A stretch of DNA of 49,217 bases from Hyphomicrobiales bacterium. Its GTDB lineage: Bacteria; Pseudomonadota; Alphaproteobacteria; Rhizobiales; Aestuariivirgaceae. Both the position numbers and the translations under genes were made by a program. The stretch is from assembly GCA_031370475.1 (NCBI GenBank), contig JANMQL010000181.1:1-49217 (forward strand). Reading direction: 5' to 3'. The notes under the pieces were generated by a model, which had not been told where the DNA came from, made no database searches, and saw only the letters and a list, made by a program, of their open reading frames with translations. Each line of letters starts with the position of its first letter. The first letter of the stretch is position 1. Below, piece by piece: positions 7,758-18,035 of this stretch.

Positions 7758-9571
7758 TGCGGCAAGGGTGGACGGCGGCGGTTGCGATCATGCTGACGGC
7801 GGGGCTGGCCGATGCCGCACCCCGCCACGGGCTTTCGGTGTTCGGCGATCTGAAATATCCGCCGGACTTCGCCCATTTCGAATATGTGAACCCCGATGCG
7901 CCGAAAGGCGGGCGCATGGCGCTGATCGGGCCTGCCGCCAACGATACCTTCGACAGTTTCAACGGATATATCCTCAAGGGCGATCCGGCCCAGGGCATCG
8001 ATCTCATGTTCGATTCGCTGATGGCCCGGGCATTCGATGAGCCGGACGCGGTCTATGGGCTGGTGGCGGAGTCGGCCGATGTGGCCGATGACGGCAAGAG
8101 CGTCACTTTCGCGCTGCGCAATGCCGCAAAATTCGCCGACGGCTCGGAACTGACGGGCGAGGATGTCTGCGACAGTTTCCGGCTGCTGTCGACCCAGGGC
8201 CACGAGAACATCAAGCTGACCATCAAGGATGTGGCATCTTGCGAGGTGCTGGAACCCCGTGAGGTGCGTTACCGTTTCAGCGGCGGGAATGTGCGCGACC
8301 TGCCGGTCACCGTGGCGCAGCTGCCGATTTTCTCCAAGGCCTATTACGAGAAGATGGATTTTTCCAAGACGTCGCTGGAGCCGCCGCTCGGCTCCGGCCC
8401 CTACAAGGTCAAGGGCTTCCGGCAGGGCGAATATGTGACTTATGAATTACGCCCCGATTACTGGGCCAAGGAATTGCCCGTCAACCGGGGCCGCAATAAT
8501 TTCGGCGAGGTGCGCTTCGATTATTTCCGCAACCGCACGGCGGGTTTCGAGGCCCTGAAATCGGGGGTCATCGACTTGCGCGAGGAATATACCTCGCGGG
8601 ACTGGGCGACGGGCTATGATTTTCCCGCCCGCAAGGACGGGCGCGTCAAGCAACTGGTGTTGCCCGATGAAACACCCTCGGGGGCGCAAGGCTTCTTCAT
8701 CAATCTGCGGCGCGAGAAATTTCAGGACATAAGGGTGCGCCAGGCGCTGGGTCTCGCCTTCGATTTCGAATGGTCAAATGCCAATCTGTTCTTCGGGCTC
8801 TACGCGCGCACCGCCAGTTTCTTCGAGCAGTCGCCCCTGAAGGCGGAAGGCAAGCCCGCGCCGGAGGAACTCGCCATTCTCCAGCCGATGCGCGCCATGC
8901 TGCGCCCGGAGGTTTTCGAGGCCGCCGAACTGCCGCCGGTGAGCGACGGTTCGGGGCAGGACCGCAAGCTGCTTAAGCGGGCCTCGGAGTTGCTCGACGC
9001 GGCCGGCTGGAAGCCAGACGGGACCTTGCGCAGGAATGACAAGGGCGAGGCGCTGACGATCGAATTCCTCATCGACAATCCGGCGTTTGAGCGCATTCTC
9101 GGGCCCTATGTGAAAAACCTGCAATTGCTCGGCATCGATGCCGCGATTCGCACCGTCGACGAGGCGCAATACCAGATGCGATTCGAGGACTTCGATTTCG
9201 ACATCGTGTCGAGCCGGTTTTCCTCCGGCCTGACGCCGGGCACCGACCTTCGCGTCTTTTTCGGCACCGCCTCGGCCGGGGCCAAGGGCAGCTACAATGT
9301 TTCCGGCGTGGCCAGTCCGGCGATCGATGCGCTGATCGACAGGGTTGTGGCGGCAAAATCGCGCGCCGAACTCGATGTCGCCGGACGGGCGCTGGACCGG
9401 GTGCTGCGGGTGGAACATTTCTGGGTGCCGAACTGGCACAAGCCAAGCCACTGGGTCGCCCATTGGGATGTCTTCGGGCGCCCGGCCATCAAGCCGAAAT
9501 ACGACCGTGGCATTGTCGATACCTGGTGGTATGAGGCGGACAAAGCCTCGAAGATCGAACGCGGAAACTGA
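7757..9571 (+). CDS. yejA: Peptide ABC transporter substrate-binding protein, YejA-like copy 2 (Sec-type signal)
   Basis: HGLSVFGDLKYPPDFAHFEYVNPDAPKGG, PPLGSGPY and AFDFEWSN; TGATG overlap with copy 1. Confidence 0.9.
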   Translation: MRQGWTAAVAIMLTAGLADAAPRHGLSVFGDLKYPPDFAHFEYVNPDAPKGGRMALIGPAANDTFDSFNGYILKGDPAQGIDLMFDSLMARAFDEPDAVYGLVAESADVADDGKSVTFALRNAAKFADGSELTGEDVCDSFRLLSTQGHENIKLTIKDVASCEVLEPREVRYRFSGGNVRDLPVTVAQLPIFSKAYYEKMDFSKTSLEPPLGSGPYKVKGFRQGEYVTYELRPDYWAKELPVNRGRNNFGEVRFDYFRNRTAGFEALKSGVIDLREEYTSRDWATGYDFPARKDGRVKQLVLPDETPSGAQGFFINLRREKFQDIRVRQALGLAFDFEWSNANLFFGLYARTASFFEQSPLKAEGKPAPEELAILQPMRAMLRPEVFEAAELPPVSDGSGQDRKLLKRASELLDAAGWKPDGTLRRNDKGEALTIEFLIDNPAFERILGPYVKNLQLLGIDAAIRTVDEAQYQMRFEDFDFDIVSSRFSSGLTPGTDLRVFFGTASAGAKGSYNVSGVASPAIDALIDRVVAAKSRAELDVAGRALDRVLRVEHFWVPNWHKPSHWVAHWDVFGRPAIKPKYDRGIVDTWWYEADKASKIERGN

Positions 9572-9579
9572 CACCTCGC

Positions 9580-10695
9580 ATGGGCGCCTATATAATCAAA
9601 CGCTTCCTGCTGATGATCCCGACGCTGCTCGGAGTCATGCTGATGACCTTCGCCGTCATCCAGTTCGTACCCGGCGGGCCGATCGAGCAGGTGATCGCCA
9701 AGATGCAGGGAACCGCCACCGATTCCACCGCCCGGATCACCGGCGACACCGGCAGCGAAGCGGGCGGCAACGAACAGACCCAGCCGGGAGGCGGCGGCGG
9801 CGAATCGACATTCAAGTACATCGGCAGCAAGGGACTCGATCCGGAATTCATCAAGGCGCTGGAAAAGCAGTTCGGCTTCGACAGGCCGGTGCACGAGCGC
9901 TTTCTGCTGATGATGACGAATTACCTTACCTTCAATTTCGGCGAGAGCTATTTCAAGGACCGCAGCGTGGTCGGCCTGATGATCGAGAAAATGCCGGTGT
10001 CGATCTCGCTCGGCCTGTGGCTTACCCTGGTGCAATATCTCGTGTCGATCCCGCTCGGCATCCGCAAGGCGGTCCGTGACGGCAGCAATTTCGACATCTG
10101 GACCTCGGCCGTCATCATCGTCGGCTACGCCATACCGAGTTTCATCTTCGCCATCCTGCTGATCGTGGTGTTCGCCGGCGGCAGCTATTTCACCTGGTTT
10201 CCGCTGCGCGGAATCACCTCGGATTATTTCGAGCAACTGGGCTTCTTCGGCAAGATCGCCGATTATGCCTGGCACATGACGCTGCCGCTTCTCGCCATGG
10301 GGATCGGCGCCTTCGCCACCATGACGCTGCTCACCAAGAACTTCTTCCTCGATGAAATCCGCAAGCAATATGTGGTGACGGCGCGGGCCAAGGGCCTGAG
10401 CGAACGCCAGGTGCTGTATGGCCACGTATTCCGCAACGCCATGCTGCTGGTCATTTCCGGGTTTCCGGGCGCCTTTCTCGGCGCCTTCTTCACCGGCGCC
10501 CTGCTGATCGAGACGGTGTTCTCGCTCGATGGGTTGGGTTTTCTTTTCTACAAGGCGGCACTCGACCGCGACTACCCGATCATTTTCGCCAACCTCTATA
10601 TTTTCACGCTAGTCGGGCTGGTCGTCGGGCTCATTTCCGATCTCATGTACACCTGGATCGATCCGCGCATCGATTTCGAACGGCGGGAGCTCTGA
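9580..10695 (+). CDS. yejB: ABC transporter permease YejB
   Basis: MGAYIIKRFLLMIPTL, QFVPGGPIEQ, EAA loop TARAKGLSE, HVFRNAML and IDPRIDF. Confidence 0.93.
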   Translation: MGAYIIKRFLLMIPTLLGVMLMTFAVIQFVPGGPIEQVIAKMQGTATDSTARITGDTGSEAGGNEQTQPGGGGGESTFKYIGSKGLDPEFIKALEKQFGFDRPVHERFLLMMTNYLTFNFGESYFKDRSVVGLMIEKMPVSISLGLWLTLVQYLVSIPLGIRKAVRDGSNFDIWTSAVIIVGYAIPSFIFAILLIVVFAGGSYFTWFPLRGITSDYFEQLGFFGKIADYAWHMTLPLLAMGIGAFATMTLLTKNFFLDEIRKQYVVTARAKGLSERQVLYGHVFRNAMLLVISGFPGAFLGAFFTGALLIETVFSLDGLGFLFYKAALDRDYPIIFANLYIFTLVGLVVGLISDLMYTWIDPRIDFERREL

Positions 10696-10698
10696 ACG

Positions 10699-11802
10699 AT
10701 GCGGCTCGCCAAACTCTCAGGCCTCAATGCGCGGCGCTGGCAGATCTTCCAATCGAACCGGCGCGGCTTCTGGTCGTTGTGGATTTTCCTGGCGCTGTTC
10801 CTGATCTCGCTGTTCGCGCCGTTCATCTCAAACGACCGGCCGATGCTCGTCTCCTACAAAGGCGAGCTGCTGTTCCCGGTCTTCGTGGAGTATCCGGAAA
10901 CGAAATTCGGCGGCTTCCTGGCCCGCACCGATTTCCGCGATCCGGTCAATCAGGAGGAAATCGCCGCCAACGGTTGGATGATCTGGCCGCCGATCCGCTA
11001 TTCCTACAGGACTGTCAACAACGAGCTGCCGTTTCCGGCGCCATCGCGGCCGGCCTTCCAGCTCACCCGCGAGGAGGCCTGCTCAAAATATCCGCAAGGG
11101 GCGGCGGATGCCAATTGCAACTTCGGCAATCTCAACTGGCTCGGCACCGACGACCAAGGCCGCGACGTGGTGGCGCGCCTCATCTACGGCTTCCGCATCT
11201 CGGTCGCTTTCGGCCTCATTCTGACGGTCCTGTCCTCGGCGATCGGCATGGCGGCGGGCGCGGTGCAGGGCTATTTCGGCGGCTGGACCGATCTCCTGCT
11301 CCAACGCTTCATCGAAATCTGGACGGCGATGCCGACCCTCTATCTGCTGATCATCATCGCCGCCGTCATTACGCCGAGTTTCTGGATCCTGCTGTTCGTC
11401 CTGGTGCTGTTCTCGTGGACGGGCCTCGTGGGCCTGGTCAGGGCCGAGTTCCTCAGGGCGCGCAATTTCGAATATGTGCGCGCCGCCCGGGCGCTCGGGC
11501 TTTCCGATGCCAAGATCATATTCAAGCATCTTCTGCCCAATGCGGTGGTCTCGACCATCACCTTCATGCCATTCATTCTGGCGGGCTCGGTGACGACGCT
11601 GACCGCCCTCGACTTTCTCGGCTTCGGCCTGCCGCCGGGCTCGCCGTCGCTGGGCGAACTCGTATCGCAGGGCAAGGACAATCTGCAGGCGCCGTGGCTC
11701 GGCTTCACCGGCTTCTTCGTCGTGTCGATCATGCTGACGCTGCTCGTCTTCATCGGCGAGGCGGTGCGCGACGCGCTCGATCCGCGGAAGACCTTCGCAT
11801 GA
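10699..11802 (+). CDS. yejE: ABC transporter permease YejE
   Basis: NRRGFWSLWIF, LGTDDQGRDVVARLIYGFRIS and EYVRAARALG. Confidence 0.93.
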   Translation: MRLAKLSGLNARRWQIFQSNRRGFWSLWIFLALFLISLFAPFISNDRPMLVSYKGELLFPVFVEYPETKFGGFLARTDFRDPVNQEEIAANGWMIWPPIRYSYRTVNNELPFPAPSRPAFQLTREEACSKYPQGAADANCNFGNLNWLGTDDQGRDVVARLIYGFRISVAFGLILTVLSSAIGMAAGAVQGYFGGWTDLLLQRFIEIWTAMPTLYLLIIIAAVITPSFWILLFVLVLFSWTGLVGLVRAEFLRARNFEYVRAARALGLSDAKIIFKHLLPNAVVSTITFMPFILAGSVTTLTALDFLGFGLPPGSPSLGELVSQGKDNLQAPWLGFTGFFVVSIMLTLLVFIGEAVRDALDPRKTFA

Positions 11803-13427
11803 GCGAACCGCTGCTCGAGGTGAAGGAGCTTTCGGTCAGTTTCCGCCAGGGAGACCGGGTGACGCTCGCCGTCGACCGCGTGTCGTTCGCGATCGGCAAG
11901 GGCGAGACTCTGGCGCTGGTGGGCGAATCGGGCTCCGGCAAATCGGTCTCGGCCCTATCGATCCTCAAGCTGCTGCCCTATCCCACGGCCCAGCATCCGT
12001 CGGGCTCCGTCGCCTTCAAGGGCGAGGAACTTCTCGACGCCGACGAGGGCGATTTGCGCCGGGTGCGCGGCAACAACATCACCATGATTTTTCAGGAGCC
12101 GATGACCTCGCTCAATCCGCTGCATAGCGTCGAGCGGCAGATCGGCGAAATCCTCGAATTGCACCAGGGCCTGACCGGCGAAAAGGCGCGCTCGCGCATC
12201 GTCGAACTCCTGACCAAGGTCGGCATCCGCGATGCCGGAACCCGGCTTCTCGATTATCCGCACCAGCTTTCCGGCGGCCAACGCCAGCGGGTGATGATCG
12301 CCATGGCGCTGGCCAACAATCCCGACCTGTTGATCGCCGACGAGCCGACGACGGCGCTCGATGTCACCGTGCAGGCGCAGATTCTCAAGCTGCTCAAGGA
12401 ACTACAGGCGGAATCCGGCATGGCGATGCTGCTGATCACCCACGACCTCGGCATCGTGCGGCACATGGCGGACAAGGTCTGCGTCATGCAGAAAGGCAAA
12501 ATCGTCGAGGCGGGTCCGGTCACGGACATATTCGCCAAGCCGCAGCATGCCTACACGAAGATGTTGCTGGCGGCGGAGCCGAAGGGAGCGCCGCCCAGGA
12601 GCGATAATTCCGCACCCATCATCATGGAGACCAAGGGCCTCAAGGTGTGGTTCCCGATCAAGCGCGGCTTCTTCCGCAAAGTGGTCGGTCACATCAAGGC
12701 GGTCGACGGCGTCGACGCCACGGTGCGGGCCGGACAGACGCTGGGCATCGTCGGCGAATCGGGATCGGGCAAGACGACGCTGGGTCTGGCGCTGTTGCGG
12801 CTTATCGCATCGGAGGGACCGATTGCCTATCTCGGCCGCCGCATCGACGGCTTCAATGCCAAGGCGATGCGGCCCTTGCGCAAGGATATGCAAGTGGTGT
12901 TCCAGGATCCGTTCGGCTCACTGAGCCCCAGACTGTCGATCCGGCAGATCGTCGAGGAAGGCCTGCTGGTGCAGGGCAAGGGGCTTTCCGGAGACGCGCG
13001 CCAGGCCCGCGTCGCCCAGGCGCTCAGCGAAGTGGGTCTCGATCCCGAAACCATGGACCGCTATCCGCATGAATTCTCCGGCGGCCAGCGCCAGCGCGTC
13101 GCCATCGCCCGGGCGCTGGCGCTCGATCCCAAATTCATCGTGCTGGACGAGCCGACCTCGGCGCTCGATATGTCGGTGCAGGCGCAGATCGTCGACCTGC
13201 TGCGCGGCCTGCAGCAGAAGCACAATCTCGCCTACCTGTTCATCAGCCACGATCTCAAGGTGATAAGAGCGCTGGCCAACGAGGTGATCGTCATGCGCGA
13301 CGGCATCGCCGTGGAGCGCGGCGAGGCCCGGCAGATTTTCGAGGCACCGAAGACCGATTATACGAAAGCGCTGATTGCCGCGGCGCTCAATCTCAAGCCG
13401 GCTCCCGAAAACATCGTGAAGCAGTAA
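11799..13427 (+). CDS. yejF: ABC transporter ATP-binding protein with two ATPase domains, YejF
   Basis: Two Walker A motifs ([16 protein letters not shown]) and two signatures ([16 protein letters not shown]). The real start MSEPLL overlaps the yejE stop (ATGA). Confidence 0.93.
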   Translation: MSEPLLEVKELSVSFRQGDRVTLAVDRVSFAIGKGETLALVGESGSGKSVSALSILKLLPYPTAQHPSGSVAFKGEELLDADEGDLRRVRGNNITMIFQEPMTSLNPLHSVERQIGEILELHQGLTGEKARSRIVELLTKVGIRDAGTRLLDYPHQLSGGQRQRVMIAMALANNPDLLIADEPTTALDVTVQAQILKLLKELQAESGMAMLLITHDLGIVRHMADKVCVMQKGKIVEAGPVTDIFAKPQHAYTKMLLAAEPKGAPPRSDNSAPIIMETKGLKVWFPIKRGFFRKVVGHIKAVDGVDATVRAGQTLGIVGESGSGKTTLGLALLRLIASEGPIAYLGRRIDGFNAKAMRPLRKDMQVVFQDPFGSLSPRLSIRQIVEEGLLVQGKGLSGDARQARVAQALSEVGLDPETMDRYPHEFSGGQRQRVAIARALALDPKFIVLDEPTSALDMSVQAQIVDLLRGLQQKHNLAYLFISHDLKVIRALANEVIVMRDGIAVERGEARQIFEAPKTDYTKALIAAALNLKPAPENIVKQ

Positions 13428-13429
13428 TC

Positions 13430-14377
13430 ATGGCTTTTCTGTTCATTCTGCCCACCTGGCCCGTCGATATCTGGAGCAAGGCAATGCGCAAGGCGGCACC
13501 CGCCCTCGATGTGCGCGTCTGGCCCAATGCCATGGGCCGGATCGCCGATATCGAATACACGGCCGCCTGGCTTCCGCCGCCCGGGGTGGTGAAAAGTCTG
13601 CCCAATCTGAAGGTGATCTTCTCGCTGGGCGCGGGCGTCGATGCCATTCTCAAGGATCCGACGCTACCGAAAGACATTCCCATCGTGCGAGTGAACGAGC
13701 CGGACCTGACGGCGCGGATGACCGAATACATCGTTCTGCAGGTGCTGCTGCATCACCGCCAGCAGCGCCGCATCGACGCGAACCAGAAGCGCAAGGTGTG
13801 GGACTCCTTCCCCACCCATGCGGCCTCCGACATGGGCGTCGGCATCATGGGGCTGGGTGTCATGGGAGCTGAGGCGGCCGAGCGGCTGCGCGATCTCGGC
13901 TTCAAGGTGGCGGGCTGGAGCCGGACGCGCAAGCGCATCGACGGCGTTCGCTGCTATGCCGGGGCGGCGGAATTCGATTCATTCTTGCGGCGGACCGACA
14001 CTCTCGTCTCCCTGCTGCCGGCCACGGCGGAAACAGACGGCATCATCAATCGCGACACGATCCGCAAGCTGTCGCGCAAGGGCCCGTTCGGCGCACCGAT
14101 CGTCATCAATGCCGGGCGCGGGAGCCAGCAGGTCGAGGCGGATATTCTCGCCTCGCTCGAAGCGGGCGAGCTTCATGCGGCCACCCTCGATGTCTTCCAG
14201 AGCGAGCCCCTGCCCGTTTCCAGCCCCCTGTGGAGTCATCCCAAAGTCACGGTGACGCCGCACTGCGCCGCCGATTCCGATCCGGAGGTGATCTGCGCCT
14301 ATGTGGCGCGGCAGATCGAGCGGCATAGGGCCGGTCAGCCGCTTGACAATGTGGTGGACCGCACCCGCGGCTATTGA
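13430..14377 (+). CDS. ghrA: Glyoxylate/hydroxypyruvate reductase A-like 2-hydroxyacid dehydrogenase
   Basis: SLGAGVD, GIMGLGVMG, GWSRT, INAGRG, LDVF.EPLP and TPH motifs. Confidence 0.85.
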   Translation: MAFLFILPTWPVDIWSKAMRKAAPALDVRVWPNAMGRIADIEYTAAWLPPPGVVKSLPNLKVIFSLGAGVDAILKDPTLPKDIPIVRVNEPDLTARMTEYIVLQVLLHHRQQRRIDANQKRKVWDSFPTHAASDMGVGIMGLGVMGAEAAERLRDLGFKVAGWSRTRKRIDGVRCYAGAAEFDSFLRRTDTLVSLLPATAETDGIINRDTIRKLSRKGPFGAPIVINAGRGSQQVEADILASLEAGELHAATLDVFQSEPLPVSSPLWSHPKVTVTPHCAADSDPEVICAYVARQIERHRAGQPLDNVVDRTRGY

Positions 14378-15225
14378 AGCCGCTTGATTGAGGTGACCTG
14401 GCCGTAGCTCCTGGCAATCCGGTCCACCGCCTCGCGCAGGGGCTCGGCCACGGTCAGCATGTGGTGGCCGTTGGCATGGAGCAGCGTGGCGTCGTCGGTC
14501 ATGATGCCGACATGGCCGTCCCAGAACACCAGATCGCCGCGTTTCAGGCCGTCGAGATCGTTGAGGCGGAGATCGACGCCAAGATCGCGCTCCTGCAGGT
14601 CGCTGTCGCGCGGGCAGGCGATGCCGCAGGCTTGAAGCGCCAGTTGCACGAGGCCTGAGCAATCGAGGCCCTGCACCGATTTTCCGCCCCAGTAATAGGG
14701 CACATGGCGGAACATCTCGGCGATGGCGGTAAAATCGCTTTCCCACTGGTCCAGCGGCTTCAGATGTCGCACGAAAACAAAGCGGCCATCGGCGAGGCGG
14801 GCGAATTTTTCATCGCCGCCGCCGACCGCCAGCATGGCATTCATCGGCAGCATCACGGCCGGCTGCGATTTCAGGTCGGGCGCGGGATAAGCGAAAGTGG
14901 CCGGAACCGCGACGCGGTGGGTGGGTTTCGCGAGTTCCGCCGACAGGGCATCGGCGGCGAGGTAGCCGACATAATTGTCGCGTTCGAGCTGTCCCCAGGC
15001 CCAGCCCTCGCGGCTTTCGAAGATTTGGAGCTTCTCGCCCATCAGGGCCTGGGTCACTTGCATGGAATCGAAGCGCGGCTGGCGGTGAAGGGAGGCCAAG
15101 GGTGCGGCAATCCGCATGGCCGTGCCGTCGGCAAAGCGTTCCGCCTTGATGCGCGCCGCAAGCCGCCGGTCGGCGAGATCGGGGCGGAAGGCATTGAAGC
15201 GTGGATCGAGGTCAGTCATCGGCAC
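14371..15225 (-). CDS. NlpC/P60 (C40) cysteine peptidase with N-terminal SH3-like region
   Basis: LDPRFNAFRPDLAD start; PYYWGGKSVQGLDCSGLVQ, GDLVFWDGHVGI and HAN catalytic motifs. Confidence 0.9.
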   Translation of the reverse strand: MPMTDLDPRFNAFRPDLADRRLAARIKAERFADGTAMRIAAPLASLHRQPRFDSMQVTQALMGEKLQIFESREGWAWGQLERDNYVGYLAADALSAELAKPTHRVAVPATFAYPAPDLKSQPAVMLPMNAMLAVGGGDEKFARLADGRFVFVRHLKPLDQWESDFTAIAEMFRHVPYYWGGKSVQGLDCSGLVQLALQACGIACPRDSDLQERDLGVDLRLNDLDGLKRGDLVFWDGHVGIMTDDATLLHANGHHMLTVAEPLREAVDRIARSYGQVTSIKRLQ

Positions 15226-15228
15226 GCC

Positions 15229-15573
15229 CTACACGGCCTTGGAAAGGCCGCCAATGGTATCGGCGAAGCGTTCGAGATAGAGGGCGCCCTTGACGGTGCG
15301 CTGCACCAGCACATTGCGCCGGTCCTTGTCGTCGCGGCGGCGCGAGACCAGTTCCAGCTTGCCCATGGAATCGAGCGCCCTTGTGATCACTGGCTTGGAG
15401 ACAGCGAGCTTGGCGGCCAGATCGCGCACCGTATGCGGCGGCGCTTCCAGATAGATGGTGAGCAGAATGGTCATCTGGCGCAGCGACAGGTCGGGTCCGT
15501 CGTCGCGAACCATGGCCAAGTTCACGTCGTGCCAGAGTTTCAGCGCCTGGGCCGTGGTCAGTCCCAATGACAT
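15229..15573 (-). CDS. MarR-family transcriptional regulator
   Basis: DLSLRQMTILL, TVRDLAAKLAVSKPVITRALDSM and wing DKDRRNVLV. Confidence 0.9.
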   Translation of the reverse strand: MSLGLTTAQALKLWHDVNLAMVRDDGPDLSLRQMTILLTIYLEAPPHTVRDLAAKLAVSKPVITRALDSMGKLELVSRRRDDKDRRNVLVQRTVKGALYLERFADTIGGLSKAV

Positions 15574-15582
15574 TCGATTCGC

Positions 15583-15615
15583 TTCCGTAATCCGGACAAT
15601 TGTTACGGAACCGTA
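15583..15615. promoter_or_regulatory. Overlapping palindromes directly upstream of the marR gene, candidate operator
   Basis: TTCCGTAA-N12-TTACGGAA (15583-15610) and TACGG-AA-CCGTA (15604-15615). Confidence 0.5.
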
Positions 15616-15647
15616 TCATTCCTTCAGGATTTGGCAAAGGGCACAAA

Positions 15648-17030
15648 CTATTTTGCATAACGATCGCGGATCACGGCAAACAGGGCGCGCATGGCCTGGG
15701 CTTCGGCTCCCCTCGGGCGGCCAGGGCGGGCGCTGGGCGTCCAGGCGAAAATGTCGAAATGCACATAGGCCTTGGCGCGCTCGACAAAGCGCTTGAGAAA
15801 CAGCGCCGCGGTGATCGAGCCGGCATAGCCCGACTCGGAAGAGTTGTTGATGTCGGCGATGGGCGACTCGATCAGCCGGAAATAGGGTTCCCACAGAGGC
15901 ATGGGCCAGAGCGGATCGTTCTCGGCTTGCGCCGCGCGGCGGATGGCATCGCAGAGCCCGGCATCGCCGGTATAAAAGGGCGGCAGATCGGGCCCCAGCG
16001 CCACCCGTGCGGCGCCGGTGAGGGTTGCCATGTCGATCAGCAGGTCGGGGGCCTCCTCGTCGGCGAGCGCCAGGGCATCGGCGAGGACAAGGCGGCCTTC
16101 GGCATCGGTATTGCCGATCTCGACGGTCAGGCCCTTGCGGCTCTTCAGCACGTCGCCGGGGCGGAAGGCATTGCCGGCGATGGAATTTTCAACGGCCGGG
16201 ACGAGTACACGGAGGCGCACGGGGAGCCTCGCCTGCATGATCATCTGGGCGAGACCGAGGACCGTGGCGGCGCCACCCATGTCCTTCTTCATGAGAAGCA
16301 TGCCGGAGGCGGGCTTGATGTCGAGGCCGCCGGTATCGAAGCACACGCCCTTGCCAACCAGCGTGACCTTGGGGGCGCTGGGCCTGCCCCAGGTGAAATC
16401 GATGAGGCGGGGGGCCCGGGGGCTCGCCTTGCCGACATCGTGGATCATCGGGAAACCGCGGCGGAGTGCCGCGCCTTTGGTGATGCGAAATCTGGCGCGA
16501 TGGGCGGCGGCCAGTTTGCGGGCGGCGGCCTCGAGCTCGGCCGGGCCCAGATCGGAGGCCGGCGTATTGACCAGATCGCGCACCATATAGACGGCGCGCG
16601 CCGCGCGCAGGATCGCCGCGCGATCGACAGAGCCGGGGCAGAGGAGGCGCGCCGGCTCGCCGCCAGCCTTGCCATAGGCCGCAAAGCCATAGGCTTCGAG
16701 ACACCAGGCCAGGGCCACCAGCCGCAGCTCGCCGGCATCGCCGCCCATGCTGTAAAGTCCGGGCGGCAGGGCGCGCGCCAGTTTTCCGAGGGCGAATGGA
16801 TCGCCCGGGACAGCGCCGGCGCCGGCCAGGATTTCGGCGACCTTTCCGTGCGGTCCGGGAACCGCCAAATGACTGCCCGGAGCGGCTGTGAAGCCATGCG
16901 CCCCGGCCCACAGGCGCGCCGCGGCGGACAGAGTCTTCCGCCGCCCGTTCCAGGCGGCCGCGGCGACGACACGAATGGGAATTGCCTTTTCCCGCGCGCC
17001 GGCGGCGGCCAGCAGCCTGTCGATATCCAT
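15648..17030 (-). CDS. M17 leucyl aminopeptidase family protein
   Basis: LVGKGVCFDTGGLDIK, MKKDMGG, NTDAEGRL and ATLTGA; likely start MDIDRLL at 17030. Confidence 0.93.
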   Translation of the reverse strand: MDIDRLLAAAGAREKAIPIRVVAAAAWNGRRKTLSAAARLWAGAHGFTAAPGSHLAVPGPHGKVAEILAGAGAVPGDPFALGKLARALPPGLYSMGGDAGELRLVALAWCLEAYGFAAYGKAGGEPARLLCPGSVDRAAILRAARAVYMVRDLVNTPASDLGPAELEAAARKLAAAHRARFRITKGAALRRGFPMIHDVGKASPRAPRLIDFTWGRPSAPKVTLVGKGVCFDTGGLDIKPASGMLLMKKDMGGAATVLGLAQMIMQARLPVRLRVLVPAVENSIAGNAFRPGDVLKSRKGLTVEIGNTDAEGRLVLADALALADEEAPDLLIDMATLTGAARVALGPDLPPFYTGDAGLCDAIRRAAQAENDPLWPMPLWEPYFRLIESPIADINNSSESGYAGSITAALFLKRFVERAKAYVHFDIFAWTPSARPGRPRGAEAQAMRALFAVIRDRYAK

Positions 17031-17082
17031 GACGTTCCGTCTCCCTGCCGAATGCATCCCTATAGACCGAAACAGCTTATGG

Positions 17083-17098
17083 TTAATGGTTTGTTGAC
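17083..17098 (+). promoter_or_regulatory. Putative CtrA box upstream of tadD
   Basis: TTAA-TGGTTTG-TTGAC, one mismatch to consensus. Confidence 0.65.
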
Positions 17099-17163
17099 GA
17101 GTGACGGACATGATCGGCCGCAACGTCGCTGCAACATCGCGCGATTCTTCGGGAGTATCGTCC

Positions 17164-17958
17164 ATGCGGTCAATCCATGAAAGGCGGCCACAGCGCTATC
17201 TGACTTCGGCTCTTGTCCTCGCGGCGGCCCTGGCGACCGCGGCCTGCCAAAGCAAGACGGCCGGTCTCGATTCGCTCGATTCGATGAATACCGCCAGCAC
17301 GACCAAGCCGTCCTTCACGGCCACCGCCGCGCTCGGGAAAAAGTGGCAGGCCGATACCGCCAATATCAATACGGGGCTCGCCTATGCCAACGGCCTCGAG
17401 GCGCTCGGCCAGACCGACCAGCAGATGCAAGTGCTGAAGACACTCAGCGCCAGTCATCCGGAAGATACCAAGCTGCAGGCGCTCTATGGCAAGAAGCTCC
17501 TGGCGGCGGGACTGGCGGACGATGCGATCGCGGTGCTCGAAGGCGCCGCGGCATCCGGCAATGCCGATTGGCGGCTGCTGTCGGCGCTGGGCTCGGCCTA
17601 CGACCAGCAGGGCCGCTATGGCGAGGCCCGCGCGCAATATGGCAAGGCCCTGCAACTCGCGCCCGACGAAGTTACGGTTCTCAACAACATGGGCATGTCC
17701 TATGCGCTCGAAGGCGACTTGAAGCAGGCGGAGACCACACTGCGGCAGGCCTCGATGCTGCCCACGGCGGCATCGGAACCGCGTATCCGGCAAAACCTGG
17801 CCTTGGTCGTCGGTCTGCAGGGCCGTTTCGACGAAGCCCGCAAGATCGCCAGCGAAGACCTGCCGGCCGAACAGGTCGAAGCCAATATGGCCTATTTGCA
17901 GAAGATGCTATCGCAGCCCAATACCTGGCAACAGCTTTCCGGCGGGACCCAGGGCTGA
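17164..17958 (+). CDS. tadD: TPR lipoprotein, Tad pilotin TadD/CpaO
   Basis: Lipobox LATAAC, TPRs (LGSAYDQQGRYGEAR, LNNMGMSYALEGD) and RIRQNLALVVGLQGRF; next to tadC. Confidence 0.85.
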   Translation: MRSIHERRPQRYLTSALVLAAALATAACQSKTAGLDSLDSMNTASTTKPSFTATAALGKKWQADTANINTGLAYANGLEALGQTDQQMQVLKTLSASHPEDTKLQALYGKKLLAAGLADDAIAVLEGAAASGNADWRLLSALGSAYDQQGRYGEARAQYGKALQLAPDEVTVLNNMGMSYALEGDLKQAETTLRQASMLPTAASEPRIRQNLALVVGLQGRFDEARKIASEDLPAEQVEANMAYLQKMLSQPNTWQQLSGGTQG

Positions 17959-17985
17959 TCCCCCAGCCAACTACCCGGATATGAG

Positions 17986-18017
17986 AAAGGCGCGGATCCC
18001 GGGGATCCGCGCCTTTT
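17986..18017. terminator. Bidirectional intrinsic terminator between tadD and tadC
   Basis: AAAGGCGCGGATCCC-G-GGGATCCGCGCCTTTT between convergent genes. Confidence 0.85.
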
Positions 18018-18035
18018 CGATTGCCGGGCGATGCC

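Noticed and set aside
6935-8775. Identical 21-nt stretch in both yejA copies (6935-6955 and 8755-8775), as possible gene conversion
   Set aside because: It encodes the conserved AFDFEWS motif, which has few codon choices; conservation is a sufficient explanation.
10779-13427. Apparent 882-aa fusion ORF (likewise 23532-25604, 31739-33583 and 32905-35166)
   Set aside because: The N-terminal extensions are off-frame or antisense reads of neighbouring genes. Proper internal starts exist at 11799, 24965, 32905 and 33771, so there is no evidence for frameshift fusions.
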